A program made the translations under genes and the position numbers. Shown here piece after piece: positions 1 through 9,763 of a stretch of 64,000 bases of DNA (positions within the stretch are counted from its first letter, which is position 1; every line of letters starts with the position of its first letter). The notes beneath the pieces were generated by a model that saw only the letters and a list, made by a program, of their open reading frames with translations, had not been told where the DNA came from and searched no databases. The DNA comes from Spirochaetia bacterium (GTDB taxonomy: Bacteria; Spirochaetota; Spirochaetia; DSM-2461): assembly GCA_963668315.1 (NCBI GenBank), contig OY764216.1, positions 1,024,001 to 1,088,000 on the forward strand, given 5' to 3'.

Positions 1-185
1 CTATTAAGCCTTTCTTATGCCCTTTTTCGGGTAGAAGAAGGGAGAAATAATGTCTAACAAAACGTATGACAAAATTCGGCGATTGTCAAGAAAATCGGCG
101 AATTAGCCCTCTCGAAAGGATTTGCTAACATATCTCTAACAGATTTTCCTTGATGAATCGGAAAAACTACCCTAATATCCAGTCT

Positions 186-1067
186 ATGGATCATTTGGAT
201 GAATTAGAAAGTCTGAGCATACATCTGCTCAGAGAGGCATACGCCAACTTCAACAATCTATGCATGCTTTGGTCGATTGGAAAGGACTCCACCGTGCTTC
301 TGTGGCTGGCCAGGAAAGCTTTCTACGGCCACGTTCCTTTTCCTCTGGTGCATATCGATACGTCATACAAAATCCCCGAGATGATTGAATACCGGGACCG
401 TCTGGCGGCGGAATGGAAGCTCCCCATGGTTTACGGGGAGAATAAGGATGTCCTTGAGAGGGGAGACACTTTTCCCAACGGCAAGGTAGACCGTCTGACC
501 TGCTGCGCCACCCTCAAGGCGGAAGCTCTGAAAAATACCCTGTCCGGCGACTGGACGCGCTACCGCTTCAACCACCGCAAGGGAAGCTACGAAGTGGACA
601 GCGATACGGAGATGTACACCGGCGTCATTGTGGGTGTGCGGGCCGACGAAGAGGGCTCCCGTTCCAAGGAGCGCTATTTCTCTCCCCGTGATAAGGAGAA
701 CAGCTGGGACGTGGGTGATCAGCCCCCGGAATTCTGGAATCAGTATAAAACCGACTTCGCTCCCGGCACCCATGTGCGCATCCATCCTCTTCTGGACTGG
801 ACGGAGCTGAATATCTGGGAATATATCGAAAGGGAAAATATCCCCACCGTTTCCCTCTATTACAATCAGGGCGACGGGATAAGATACCGCTCCCTGGGCT
901 GTATGCCCTGTACCAATCCGGTTGAGTCCGATGCCCGCAACGTCCGGGAGATCATCGATGAGCTGAAGACGGGTAAATTCGCCAATATCGCCGAGAGATC
1001 CGGACGGGCTCAGGATCAGGAAGACGGCGGCGGACTGGAAACTTTGAGACGGGACGGGTACATGTAA
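186..1067 (+). CDS. cysD: Sulfate adenylyltransferase subunit 2
   Basis: SIGKDS motif, HIDT, '[17 protein letters not shown]', 'YRSLGC', 'ERSGRAQD...GYM' end; start moved to ATG 186 (MDHLDELE); overlaps cysN start. Confidence 0.95.
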   Translation: MDHLDELESLSIHLLREAYANFNNLCMLWSIGKDSTVLLWLARKAFYGHVPFPLVHIDTSYKIPEMIEYRDRLAAEWKLPMVYGENKDVLERGDTFPNGKVDRLTCCATLKAEALKNTLSGDWTRYRFNHRKGSYEVDSDTEMYTGVIVGVRADEEGSRSKERYFSPRDKENSWDVGDQPPEFWNQYKTDFAPGTHVRIHPLLDWTELNIWEYIERENIPTVSLYYNQGDGIRYRSLGCMPCTNPVESDARNVREIIDELKTGKFANIAERSGRAQDQEDGGGLETLRRDGYM

Positions 1068-2884
1068 TGAGCAGCGCCATGAAAGAACAGATGAATATTG
1101 TAATTACCGGTCACGTGGATCACGGGAAAAGTACGGTAATCGGACGCATGCTGGCCGACACGGACAGCCTGCCCGAGGGCAAGCTGGAATCGGTCAAGAG
1201 AAACTGCGAACGCAACTCAAAACCCTTCGAATACGCCTTTCTCCTGGATGCTCTCAAAGACGAGCAGGCCCAGGGTATCACCATTGACGCCGCCCGGGTT
1301 TTCTTTAATACGGAAAAGCGGGACTACATTATCCTCGATGCTCCGGGACATATCGAGTTCCTGAAGAACATGGTTACCGGAGCGGCCAGGGCCGAAGCGG
1401 CCTTTCTGGTCATAGATGCGGACGAGGGAATTCAGGAGAACTCCCGCCGCCACGGTTACCTTCTGTCCATGCTGGGGATCCGGCAGCTGTGCGTTATCGT
1501 AAATAAAATGGACCTGGCCGACTACTCCCAGCGGGTTTACAAGCAGATTGAGCGGAAGTACACCCGCTTTCTGAAGAACCTGGATATGACCGATGTCTCT
1601 TTTATTCCCGTCAGCGGCAGGGAAGGGGATAATATCGCCTCCCTGAGCGAGAATATGCCCTGGTGGACAGGAGATACGGTTCTCTCCCTTCTGGATAAGT
1701 TCAAGAAAGAGGAAAAGCCTACCAGGCTGCCTTTCCGTATGTCCGTTCAGGACGTGTATAAGTTCACCAACGAGGGAGACAACCGTCGCATCATTGCGGG
1801 AACCATCGATTCCGGTGTACTGAACAGGGGGGACGAGCTTATTTTCTACCCTTCGGGAAAGAAAAGCCGGGTGGATTCCATCGAAGTTTTCAACGGAGAT
1901 CCCCTGGAGTCGGCCGAACCCGGCATGGCCACGGGTTTTACCATGACCGAACAGATTTACGCCAAGCGGGGTAACCTTGTCGCCAAGGTGGGGGAAAAAC
2001 AGCCCCAGGTGGGCAATGTTTTTCGTGTCAGCCTTTTCTGGCTGGGGAAAAAGCCCCTGGAAAAGGGTAAGGAGTACATCCTCAAGGTGGGAACGGACCG
2101 GGTCAAAATGCAGCTTTTCGATACGATTCGGGTCATAGATGCTTCCAATTTGAATACGGACAGCATGAAGAAGATCGTCGGGCGCCATGATGTGGCCGAA
2201 TGTGTGTTCACCACCAACCGGGCCATCGCCTTTGATCTGGTGGAGGACCTGCCCAGCGCCAGCCGTTTTGTCATCGTTGACGATTATGAAATAGCCGGCG
2301 GCGGAATCATCCGCGAGGTGGTGAAGGACAGTATGGCCGGACACCGGCAGGATTCCATTCACCGCAATTTCAGCTGGGAAACGGGCAATATTTCCGTATC
2401 GGAAAGGGCCCGTGCCCTGGGACACAAATCCCAGCTTCTTCTGGTGACCGGCGAAGCCTCCGTGGGCAAGAGCGAACTGTCCAAAGCGCTGGAACGGCGT
2501 CTTTTTGACAGGGGCTGCCACGCCTTTTACCTGGGGATCGCCAGTTTCTTCGGAGAAGGGGACGATTCCGAATACGGGGACAGCCGACGGGGACGCCGCC
2601 TGGCCGCCCATGAGCGGGAAGAGATGATCCACCGCCTGGCTCTTATGGCGAAGATGTCCATGGAGGGAGGGGGAATTCTTATCGTTTCCTGTCCCGAGCT
2701 GACCGCCGAGGAGAGGGAGGTCGTAAGCATAGCCCTTGATCCCCACGGAATGAAGACTATCTGGCTCGGAAAGGAGATATCCACCGATCTGAAGCCGGAT
2801 TACCAGATTGCCAATCCTGCGGAAGCTGTTACGGAAGCGGAGAAGGTGGAGAAACTTTTACTTGATGAGGACATCATCCTCTGA
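1067..2884 (+). CDS. cysN: Sulfate adenylyltransferase subunit 1 (EF-Tu-like GTPase) with C-terminal APS-kinase-like domain (CysNC-like)
   Basis: [23 protein letters not shown]; second P-loop 'TGEASVGKS' in the C-terminal domain; follows cysD. Confidence 0.9.
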   Translation: MSSAMKEQMNIVITGHVDHGKSTVIGRMLADTDSLPEGKLESVKRNCERNSKPFEYAFLLDALKDEQAQGITIDAARVFFNTEKRDYIILDAPGHIEFLKNMVTGAARAEAAFLVIDADEGIQENSRRHGYLLSMLGIRQLCVIVNKMDLADYSQRVYKQIERKYTRFLKNLDMTDVSFIPVSGREGDNIASLSENMPWWTGDTVLSLLDKFKKEEKPTRLPFRMSVQDVYKFTNEGDNRRIIAGTIDSGVLNRGDELIFYPSGKKSRVDSIEVFNGDPLESAEPGMATGFTMTEQIYAKRGNLVAKVGEKQPQVGNVFRVSLFWLGKKPLEKGKEYILKVGTDRVKMQLFDTIRVIDASNLNTDSMKKIVGRHDVAECVFTTNRAIAFDLVEDLPSASRFVIVDDYEIAGGGIIREVVKDSMAGHRQDSIHRNFSWETGNISVSERARALGHKSQLLLVTGEASVGKSELSKALERRLFDRGCHAFYLGIASFFGEGDDSEYGDSRRGRRLAAHEREEMIHRLALMAKMSMEGGGILIVSCPELTAEEREVVSIALDPHGMKTIWLGKEISTDLKPDYQIANPAEAVTEAEKVEKLLLDEDIIL

Positions 2885-2910
2885 TTCTACTTAATAAACA
2901 AGGAGCGCCT

Positions 2911-4191
2911 ATGGCCTTTGAAAAAACGAAATATACCGTTAAATGCCTTTCCTGCGGGAAAGAGATCAGCGATGCCGATTATCCTCTGGGATGCCCTTCC
3001 TGCGAGAAGCCGGGTTTTATCCGGGCGGAATATGATAAAAGGCAGATTGATTTCGGCGCGAGCGAAATGGGGCTTTACCGTTTCGCCGACTGGCTCCCGG
3101 TTAAACGGGCTCTGGCCGGTTCGGGTGCGCCGATAACCTATAAGAGCAAGGCCTTCGCCGAAGAACTGGGCCTTACGAACCTGTGGGTTACTTTTAACGG
3201 ATGGTGGCCCGAGAAGGGCGCCCATATGAAGACGGGCGCTTTCAAGGAGTGCGAAGCCTATTCGGTCTGCGGCCGTATGGGCGAGGATTTCAAGGATACC
3301 CTGGTCGTGGCTTCCGCCGGTAATACGGCCCGCGCCTTTGCCCGGGTCTGTTCGGAGAACAACATTCCCCTCATCCTCTGCGTTCCCGAGGATAATATTG
3401 ATGCCCTCTGGTTCGATAAGAAACTGAATGATTGCGTTAAAATGTACTGCACCGAATCGGGAAGCGACTATTTCGATGCCATCGCCCTTTCCAATAAGGT
3501 GTGCGCCCTGGAGGGATTTGTTCCCGAGGGGGGAGCCAAGAATATCGCCCGGCGGGACGGTATGGGCACCACCGTTCTGAGCGCTGCCGAAGCGATGGGA
3601 GCGATTCCGGAGTACTATTTCCAGGCCGTGGGAAGCGGCACCGGGGCCATCGCCGCCTGGGAGGCCATGCAGAGACTTCAGGCGGACGGACGATTCGGCT
3701 CCAATAAGATGAAGCTGATGGTTTCCCAGAATGTTCCCTTTCAGCCGATCTACGATTCCTGGAAACAGGGCGGCCGGGCTATGGTGGAACTGGACAGCGA
3801 TCTGGCCCGCGAGCAGGCCGAGGCCGTCATCGGGAAGGTCCTGACCAACAGAAAACCCCCTTACAGCCTGGCGGGCGGTCTGTACGACGCCCTCGTCGAT
3901 ACGGACGGGGACGTGCTGGTCGTTACCAATGAAGAGGCGTCCCAGGCGGGCGAGCTTTTCAAGGAGCTGGAAGGGAACGACCTTTCCCCTGCCGCATCCG
4001 TTGCGGCGGCTTCTCTGATTCAGGCTGCCGAGGCGGGACTGGTTCCCAAGGACGGCCGGATTATGTTAAATATTACGGGCGGTGGAATGGAAAGATTCAT
4101 GTCTGAGCATGACATGCATTTCCTGCAGCCGGTCCATGTTTTTTCCAAGGAGCCCTCTGAGGAAGAGGTCGCCCGGGAACTTTTGAAATAA
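2911..4191 (+). CDS. Cysteate synthase (PLP, threonine synthase-like)
   Basis: N-terminal CxxC pairs, 'TGAFKECEA' PLP lysine, 'ASAGNTARAF', 'RRDGMGT', 'YFQAVGSGTG', 'LTNRKPPY', 'LNITGGG' as in archaeal/Bacteroidota cysteate synthases; follows cysDN. Confidence 0.85.
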   Translation: MAFEKTKYTVKCLSCGKEISDADYPLGCPSCEKPGFIRAEYDKRQIDFGASEMGLYRFADWLPVKRALAGSGAPITYKSKAFAEELGLTNLWVTFNGWWPEKGAHMKTGAFKECEAYSVCGRMGEDFKDTLVVASAGNTARAFARVCSENNIPLILCVPEDNIDALWFDKKLNDCVKMYCTESGSDYFDAIALSNKVCALEGFVPEGGAKNIARRDGMGTTVLSAAEAMGAIPEYYFQAVGSGTGAIAAWEAMQRLQADGRFGSNKMKLMVSQNVPFQPIYDSWKQGGRAMVELDSDLAREQAEAVIGKVLTNRKPPYSLAGGLYDALVDTDGDVLVVTNEEASQAGELFKELEGNDLSPAASVAAASLIQAAEAGLVPKDGRIMLNITGGGMERFMSEHDMHFLQPVHVFSKEPSEEEVARELLK

Positions 4192-4192
4192 A

Positions 4193-4281
4193 GCGTTAAG
4201 GGGCAGGGATAGAAGCGGTTATGGCCCCCGGGGCCATTCGAGCGGATAGCCCGGTGCGCGCGGTTCGCGCGTCAGCCCCCC
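4193..4281 (-). repeat. Structured intergenic element, copy 1 (Flavo-1-like)
   Basis: Minus strand reads CCGGGCTATCCGCTCGAA-stem-CCGCTTCTATCCCT; shared core with copies at 28957 and 47291. Confidence 0.65.
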
Positions 4282-4321
4282 AACCTGAAAGAAATTGAAT
4301 ATCAACGATTAGGAGTTGAAA

Positions 4322-5620
4322 ATGGCAGATATTTTTGATAAATGCAAAGGCGACGGGGGCTACTTCGGTGCGTTCCGTCATATGGGTGAGAATGAACTGA
4401 CTCGGCCGATCATGGACCCCATTTCGGGCACGAAGATGATCCACAACGGGGAAGAGCATATCATGTGGTCGGTCAATAACTATATCGGCCTGGCCAACAA
4501 CGAGGAAGTCCGGGCGGCGGCTCTGAAGGCTGTTGAGGAATTTTCCACCAGCAACCCCATGGGCTCGAGAATGATGAGCGGCAACACTCCCTATCACCTG
4601 GCACTGGAGAAGAGATTTGCCGAGTTCGCCCAGAAAGAGGCGGCTTTCCTTTTCAACTTCGGTTACATGGCCGTTCTGGGAATCGTTTCCTCCCTGGCCG
4701 GTATGGGCGATACGGTTGTCGTCGATAAGCTGGCCCACGCCTGTATCCTCGACGCGGCGGGCATGGCCAAGGCGGCCGGCGCCAATCTGCGCTACTTCAA
4801 ACACAACGACGCCAAGGACCTGGACAAGGTTCTGGAGAGCGTTAACAAGACCAATCCCGACGGCGGCGTTCTTGTCCTGACCGAGGGTGTTTACGGAATG
4901 ACAGGAGACCTGGCGGACCTGAAAAGCATCTGCGAGGTGAAGGATAAGTGGGGCGCCCGTCTTTTTATCGATGATGCTCACGGTATCGGCGTTATGGGCG
5001 AGAACGGCCGCGGTGCGGCTGATTTCTTCGGCGTACAGGACAAGATTGATATCTACTTCGGTACTTTTGCCAAGGCCTTCGCTTCCATCGGCGGTTTCTG
5101 CGCCTGTGACAAGGACGTGCGTGACTGGATCATGTTCAACGCCCGCACCCAGGTTTTCGCCAAGTCCCTGCCCATGGTTTATGTAAAAGCCCTGGATAAG
5201 ACTCTGGATCTGGTCATCGAGAGACAGGATCTGAGAGACAAGATGTGGGAAAACTCCAAAAAGCTTCAGGACGGTCTGCGGAACGAAGGTTTCGCCATCG
5301 GACCGGGAGACTCTCCCATCTGTTCCGTTTTCTGCCCCGTGGGCACGGAGAAGGCCGATGACGCCGGCGGTGTCGGCGCCCGGATGGTTCAGTACCTGAG
5401 AGCCAAGAAAATTTTCGTTACCGCCGTCGTTTACCCCGTTATTCCTCCCGGACTGTGCATGTTCCGGATGATCCCCACCGCGGCTCACAACGATGAGGAA
5501 ATCCAGACGACGATCGGGATTTTCAGAGAGATGAAGAACGAGCTGAACCTGACTCTGCCCTGTACCCCCGAGGACCAGGCCAAGATCGATAAGCTCTACC
5601 GGTGTAATCCGGAAGCGTAA
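4322..5620 (+). CDS. Alpha-oxoamine synthase (SPT/BioF family), probable cysteate C-acyltransferase
   Basis: 'NNYIGLA', 'GSRMMSGN', 'HACILD', 'FKHND', 'DDAHGIG', 'GTFAKAF' PLP lysine; 'FAKSLP' in place of SPT-type F(S/T)ASLP; next to cysteate synthase. Confidence 0.75.
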   Translation: MADIFDKCKGDGGYFGAFRHMGENELTRPIMDPISGTKMIHNGEEHIMWSVNNYIGLANNEEVRAAALKAVEEFSTSNPMGSRMMSGNTPYHLALEKRFAEFAQKEAAFLFNFGYMAVLGIVSSLAGMGDTVVVDKLAHACILDAAGMAKAAGANLRYFKHNDAKDLDKVLESVNKTNPDGGVLVLTEGVYGMTGDLADLKSICEVKDKWGARLFIDDAHGIGVMGENGRGAADFFGVQDKIDIYFGTFAKAFASIGGFCACDKDVRDWIMFNARTQVFAKSLPMVYVKALDKTLDLVIERQDLRDKMWENSKKLQDGLRNEGFAIGPGDSPICSVFCPVGTEKADDAGGVGARMVQYLRAKKIFVTAVVYPVIPPGLCMFRMIPTAAHNDEEIQTTIGIFREMKNELNLTLPCTPEDQAKIDKLYRCNPEA

Positions 5621-5744
5621 AGGAAAGGGAGGGGGAGTTATATTGAAAACAGTATAATTCCTCCAGCTTACAGAGATGTGGCAACGTTAGGGGAATGAGT
5701 TAAATTGAAAACTATATAATTCCCCCTTATTTTTAGATTTTATG

Positions 5745-5778
5745 ACCGCGGGAACTTACATGTCTTCGCGGTTTTTTT
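5745..5778 (+). terminator. Intrinsic terminator
   Basis: ACCGCGG...TCGCGGT stem followed by T7. Confidence 0.7.
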
Positions 5779-5828
5779 GTTTATAAAGAGTCCTTGGTCT
5801 ATAATTAGAATCAAAGGTAGGGAATAGG

Positions 5829-6740
5829 GTGACTTTGAATTATACCAAAGATTTGCTGTTACAGATTTTCGATGTCATCAGCGAAGGGGTGTACCTGTTA
5901 GATGAGTCTCGGACCATTGTATACTGGAACGGGAAAGCCGAAGAGATAACAGGATATACTTCGGAAGAAGTTCTGGGGCGAAAATGTTCCGACAATATTC
6001 TGAATCACATAGACGATTCCTGTCGGCAGTTATGCGGAGAAAATTGCCCGCTTAAGGAAGTGATGCAATCAGGCAAGAAGGACGCTGTTTCGGTTTTTCT
6101 TCATAATAAGGAAGGGTTCCGCGTTCCCGTTACGATTCATGCCATTCCCGTTAAGGATGAGACGGGAAAGGTGACAGGGGTACTGGAAGTTTTTTCCGAT
6201 ACATCCGAAATACGGCTGACACAGCGCAAGATAGATCTTCTCAATGAACAGCTTTATACGGATGCACTAACCAAGGTGGGGAACAGGCGCTTCTGCGACA
6301 GGGAACTGCGACGCATTTTTGAAGATTATGCCGCCTCCGGTGCTCCTTTCAGCGCCGCCCTCTGCGATATCGACAATTTCAAGAACATTAACGATACCTA
6401 CGGTCATGACTTCGGGGATAAAGTACTGGCCATGGTGGCGAAAACTCTTTTCAATACACTGCGGGACGGAGATGTGGTGAGCCGATGGGGTGGGGAGGAG
6501 TTTCTCCTTATCTTTTCCACGGTGCACGACAGGGACGAGCTCTTTGCCCTGGTGGAGAGAGTACGCATTCTGATCGGCGAATCTTTCCTTATCCATGATC
6601 AGGAAAAAATCAGCGTCACCGCCTCGTTCGGGGCGGCGGTAGTCAAAAAAGAGGATACGGAAGATACCCTTTTCAAGAGAATGGATACTCTGCTTTACCA
6701 AAGTAAAAAAGAGGGGAAAAACAGGGTTTCCGTGGAATAA
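5829..6740 (+). CDS. PAS-domain diguanylate cyclase
   Basis: PAS 'IVYWNGKAEEITGY..EEVLG'; 'DIDNFKNINDTYGH', 'RWGGEEF', 'K..GKNRV'. Confidence 0.93.
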   Translation: MTLNYTKDLLLQIFDVISEGVYLLDESRTIVYWNGKAEEITGYTSEEVLGRKCSDNILNHIDDSCRQLCGENCPLKEVMQSGKKDAVSVFLHNKEGFRVPVTIHAIPVKDETGKVTGVLEVFSDTSEIRLTQRKIDLLNEQLYTDALTKVGNRRFCDRELRRIFEDYAASGAPFSAALCDIDNFKNINDTYGHDFGDKVLAMVAKTLFNTLRDGDVVSRWGGEEFLLIFSTVHDRDELFALVERVRILIGESFLIHDQEKISVTASFGAAVVKKEDTEDTLFKRMDTLLYQSKKEGKNRVSVE

Positions 6741-6938
6741 GGCGGACAAGGGGGGAATCTTTTTTTATATGGCCTTATTTATTTCAATAAAATGGTTATA
6801 TTGTTATTTTACAGGCAAAAGAACAGTATGTATGTGTTAATTTATACAAATCCTACCGTCTATACTGAGAAAAAAGTAATTGTTATTCCATTAATACTAG
6901 TGTATAGATAGCTAATTTTCTTTTCTTGAGGAGTACTA

Positions 6939-8786
6939 ATGAAAAAACAATTAGTCTTATTTCTGGGATGCATATCCTTTGCATCACTTTTCTTCAGCTG
7001 CGGGAATCTGTTTGATAACGGTTCCTCCGATAAGGATACAACTGTTCCTGTCGGATATTCTGTCATAATTGATCAATCCGTGATAAATGCTTCGAACACA
7101 TCGGCTTTTTCCTTCACCCTTTCCAATGCAGAAATTGGTACGACCTGCTCGTATATTATTGATGATGAAGATTCTGCTACCTCTGCGGTAACAGGTTCAT
7201 CAGCTATTACTGCTACGGATCTAACGATTAGCGGAATAGATGTTTCCCCCCTAAGCGATGGTAACATCAGCCTTACTGTATCACTGACAGATGCAGCAGG
7301 AAATGTGGGAGAAAGCACCTCTATTCAGACTGTTGCAAAAGATACGGTGGCTCCTTCGGGATATTCTGCGGTTATAGGGCAGTCTATCATTAGTTCTGAT
7401 AATGCAACAGCTATGTCATTTGCTCTTTCTGGTGCAGAAGCGGGAGCGACATGTAACTATACGATTAATGATGAAAACTCTGCTAACTCTGCTGTTACAG
7501 GAACAGTAGCTGTTTCCGCTTTGGCACAGAATGTCAGTGGAATTGATGTTTCTTCACTGAGCGATGGAACTCTCTATCTTACAGTTTCTCTTACCGATGC
7601 GGCAGGAAATCAGGGTCTAGCTACTACAGAAGTTACCGTCTTGAAAGATACGATAGCTCCTGACAATCAGAATACTGTTATTTCTGCAGATGCCACTCTC
7701 TATAATGATGAAACATTAGCCATTGCGAGCTCCGGTGATGAGGATAATACTATATGGCTCGCTCCCTACGGTACAACCTCATTTATTGAGGGAGCGCAAA
7801 TGACTAAAGCTTCTGGAATCGCCACGTCAATTTCCGTACCGACTGCAGAAGGCACCTACTATATTTTCGTAATTGATGGGGCGGGTAATATTTCTCCTGA
7901 ATCTACCTATGAAGTCGTTGTCGAACTTAGGACCTATAGCTTTTCCAATGCTTCGGCTACGGGAAGACAGGGCCCTGATCAGAGTGCTGTCGATTCGGCG
8001 TATTTGGGAACGCTTCTTAATGGTGATGTTACGGTTACCGATACAGGTATCCAGAAGTGGACTGTACCGAAGACAGCCACCTATCGCATTACTGCTATGG
8101 GTGCTTCCGGAGCCAATGCCGGGAGCTATGGAAAGGGAGCAAAAATCGAAGGTGACTTTGAGCTGACTGCCGGTGATATTCTTTGGATCCTTGTTGGCCA
8201 GCAGGGGGGGGGGCTCTATAAAGCTTATGCTCAGATGGGAGGAGGGGGAGGCTCTTTTGTCTCTACAGGAACCTCTCTCCCTGATAGCTCTCTCCTTATG
8301 GCTGCTGGTGGTGGTGGTGCCGCTGGAGCTAATGCTAACGCTAAATGCAACGGCCAGGCGTCTACCGCTGGAAGCTCCGGCTATGATCATGATGACATCA
8401 GCAATAATGACGGCGGTGCCGATGGAACTGCCGGTGATACCGGGGCAAATGCCGGGATGGATGCTGCTGCAGGTATTTTGAAAGAGTTCTCTCTCTCCAC
8501 GGAAGCCCAAAGTTTCTTCGACGGAGGTCTTGGCTCCGAGGTTACTGATAGCTCGGCTAATAATGGCGATGGAGGCTTTGGTGGTGGCGGAGCCAGAATA
8601 AGCGGAACCGGTTATGCTACCTCTGGCGGGGGCGGCGGATACTCCGGCGGTGGAGCTTCAGACGATATTAACGGAATGCCCTTCTATGGCGGAGGCGGCG
8701 GCTCCTACAACACAGGAACCAACCAGTCTAACACGGCCGGAGGAGCTGATCTGGGACACGGATCGGTAACAATAATTCAGTTATAG
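6939..8786 (+). CDS. Surface lipoprotein with tandem Ig-like repeats and C-terminal glycine-rich (ALK/LTK-like) domain
   Basis: Lipobox 'FFSC'; two 102-aa repeats containing 'SLTDAAGN'; 'GIQKWTVPKTATYRITAMGASG' plus multiple GGGG tracts. Confidence 0.75.
   Translation: MKKQLVLFLGCISFASLFFSCGNLFDNGSSDKDTTVPVGYSVIIDQSVINASNTSAFSFTLSNAEIGTTCSYIIDDEDSATSAVTGSSAITATDLTISGIDVSPLSDGNISLTVSLTDAAGNVGESTSIQTVAKDTVAPSGYSAVIGQSIISSDNATAMSFALSGAEAGATCNYTINDENSANSAVTGTVAVSALAQNVSGIDVSSLSDGTLYLTVSLTDAAGNQGLATTEVTVLKDTIAPDNQNTVISADATLYNDETLAIASSGDEDNTIWLAPYGTTSFIEGAQMTKASGIATSISVPTAEGTYYIFVIDGAGNISPESTYEVVVELRTYSFSNASATGRQGPDQSAVDSAYLGTLLNGDVTVTDTGIQKWTVPKTATYRITAMGASGANAGSYGKGAKIEGDFELTAGDILWILVGQQGGGLYKAYAQMGGGGGSFVSTGTSLPDSSLLMAAGGGGAAGANANAKCNGQASTAGSSGYDHDDISNNDGGADGTAGDTGANAGMDAAAGILKEFSLSTEAQSFFDGGLGSEVTDSSANNGDGGFGGGGARISGTGYATSGGGGGYSGGGASDDINGMPFYGGGGGSYNTGTNQSNTAGGADLGHGSVTIIQL
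7032..7643 (+). repeat. Two tandem 306-bp (102-aa) Ig-like repeat units
   Basis: KDT..P at 7032, 7338 and 7644; units share 'GYS', 'SAVTG', 'SGIDVS.LSDG', 'LTVSLTDAAGN'. Confidence 0.85.
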
Positions 8787-8793
8787 TTCATCT

Positions 8794-8836
8794 GCAACAG
8801 CAGGGCCGCTTTTTAACAGGTCCCTGCTGTTGTTTT
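8794..8836 (+). terminator. Intrinsic terminator-like hairpin
   Basis: CAACAGCAGGG...CCCTGCTGTTG then TTTT. Confidence 0.65.
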
Positions 8837-8896
8837 ATCCCGATTTCAGAACTTACGGCCTGTTTCCTGTATAATAGCTAAATCAGAGGGGTAAAT

Positions 8897-9232
8897 ATGG
8901 AACTGAAAGGGATTTTTCATATCGACGAATCGGACAAGTGGAAGCTTGTCATCAACAATGTAAGCAATCTTTTAAAAGATTCTCCCGATTCCCGAATCGA
9001 GATAGTGGCCAATTCCGAGGCGGTCCACGGGTTCGTACAGGCCGAATCGCCCTTTCGCCGGGAACTTGAGCAATTATCCCGTGATCATGTCCGATTGTGC
9101 GCCTGCCGGAATGCGTTGAAGGGCAGCGGGATAACCGGGGAGGATATCTTTGATTTCATAGAAGTCGTACCCAGCGGTGTCAGGGAAATCCTTGAACGAC
9201 AGCAGGAAGGATACGGATATATCAAGCCCTGA
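8897..9232 (+). CDS. DsrE-family protein
   Basis: 'IEIVAN', 'ACRNAL', 'VVPSGV.EI..RQ.EGY.YIKP'. Confidence 0.85.
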   Translation: MELKGIFHIDESDKWKLVINNVSNLLKDSPDSRIEIVANSEAVHGFVQAESPFRRELEQLSRDHVRLCACRNALKGSGITGEDIFDFIEVVPSGVREILERQQEGYGYIKP

Positions 9233-9265
9233 AAAGGATCAATAATATAAAACGAGGTTACCAGT

Positions 9266-9760
9266 ATGGATTCGAACAGCCTGATTCAGACGATAAATGA
9301 CAAAGGGCCCTGTCGTCTCTTGGTCATGGATAATGAAACAATCAGCTTTCTGTTTATTGATAACGGGCGGTTGATGAAGGATATTGAACTACCCCTCGGC
9401 GCAGAAAGAATTATCAGGGATTTTTTCAGAAGGGATGTTCCGAGTGAAGCCGAAGTCGAATATGCCATAAACTTCATTGAAGATGAACTGATGAGTGATA
9501 AGGATCTGGTTAACGACGGTGAAAAACTGTATCTTCCCGGGGAAATGACGGCCCTGTTGAATCTCCGTGAAGAAAAGGACGAAAGTCTCTCAAAGCAGAC
9601 GGTAGAAGAGATTTTTACAACCTATGCTCTGGTTTCCATGGGCCCTTCTCCCGTTTACGACAGCGTCGATATGAACCGGGAAAACTATGCGAAATTACTG
9701 GTACTGCGTGAGATCCTCCATCATCTGAATTTCGAAGACCTCCATTTCATTGACGGGTAA
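9266..9760 (+). CDS. Hypothetical protein, weak resemblance to a Ppx/GppA C-terminal subdomain
   Basis: RBS GAGG; 'LPLGAERI..DFF...P', 'LLVLREILHHLNF'. Confidence 0.55.
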   Translation: MDSNSLIQTINDKGPCRLLVMDNETISFLFIDNGRLMKDIELPLGAERIIRDFFRRDVPSEAEVEYAINFIEDELMSDKDLVNDGEKLYLPGEMTALLNLREEKDESLSKQTVEEIFTTYALVSMGPSPVYDSVDMNRENYAKLLVLREILHHLNFEDLHFIDG

Positions 9761-9763
9761 AAC

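Noticed and set aside
1217..2746. Long antisense ORF (509 aa), likewise 4196..5488, 21284..22987, 24206..26032, 27918..28934, 43435..44892, 47692..48846, 53290..54558
   Set aside because: All are shadows of well-supported genes on the opposite strand, expected with GC-biased codon usage; no recognisable motifs
2911..5620. Threonine synthase plus bioF annotation
   Set aside because: Motifs and cysDN context fit cysteate synthase and cysteate acyltransferase better; no thr or bio genes nearby
5627..5730. Possible mini-CRISPR (ATTGAAAAC, 62-bp period)
   Set aside because: Only two degenerate units, similarity continues past the ATTGAAAAC end, and no cas genes in the window
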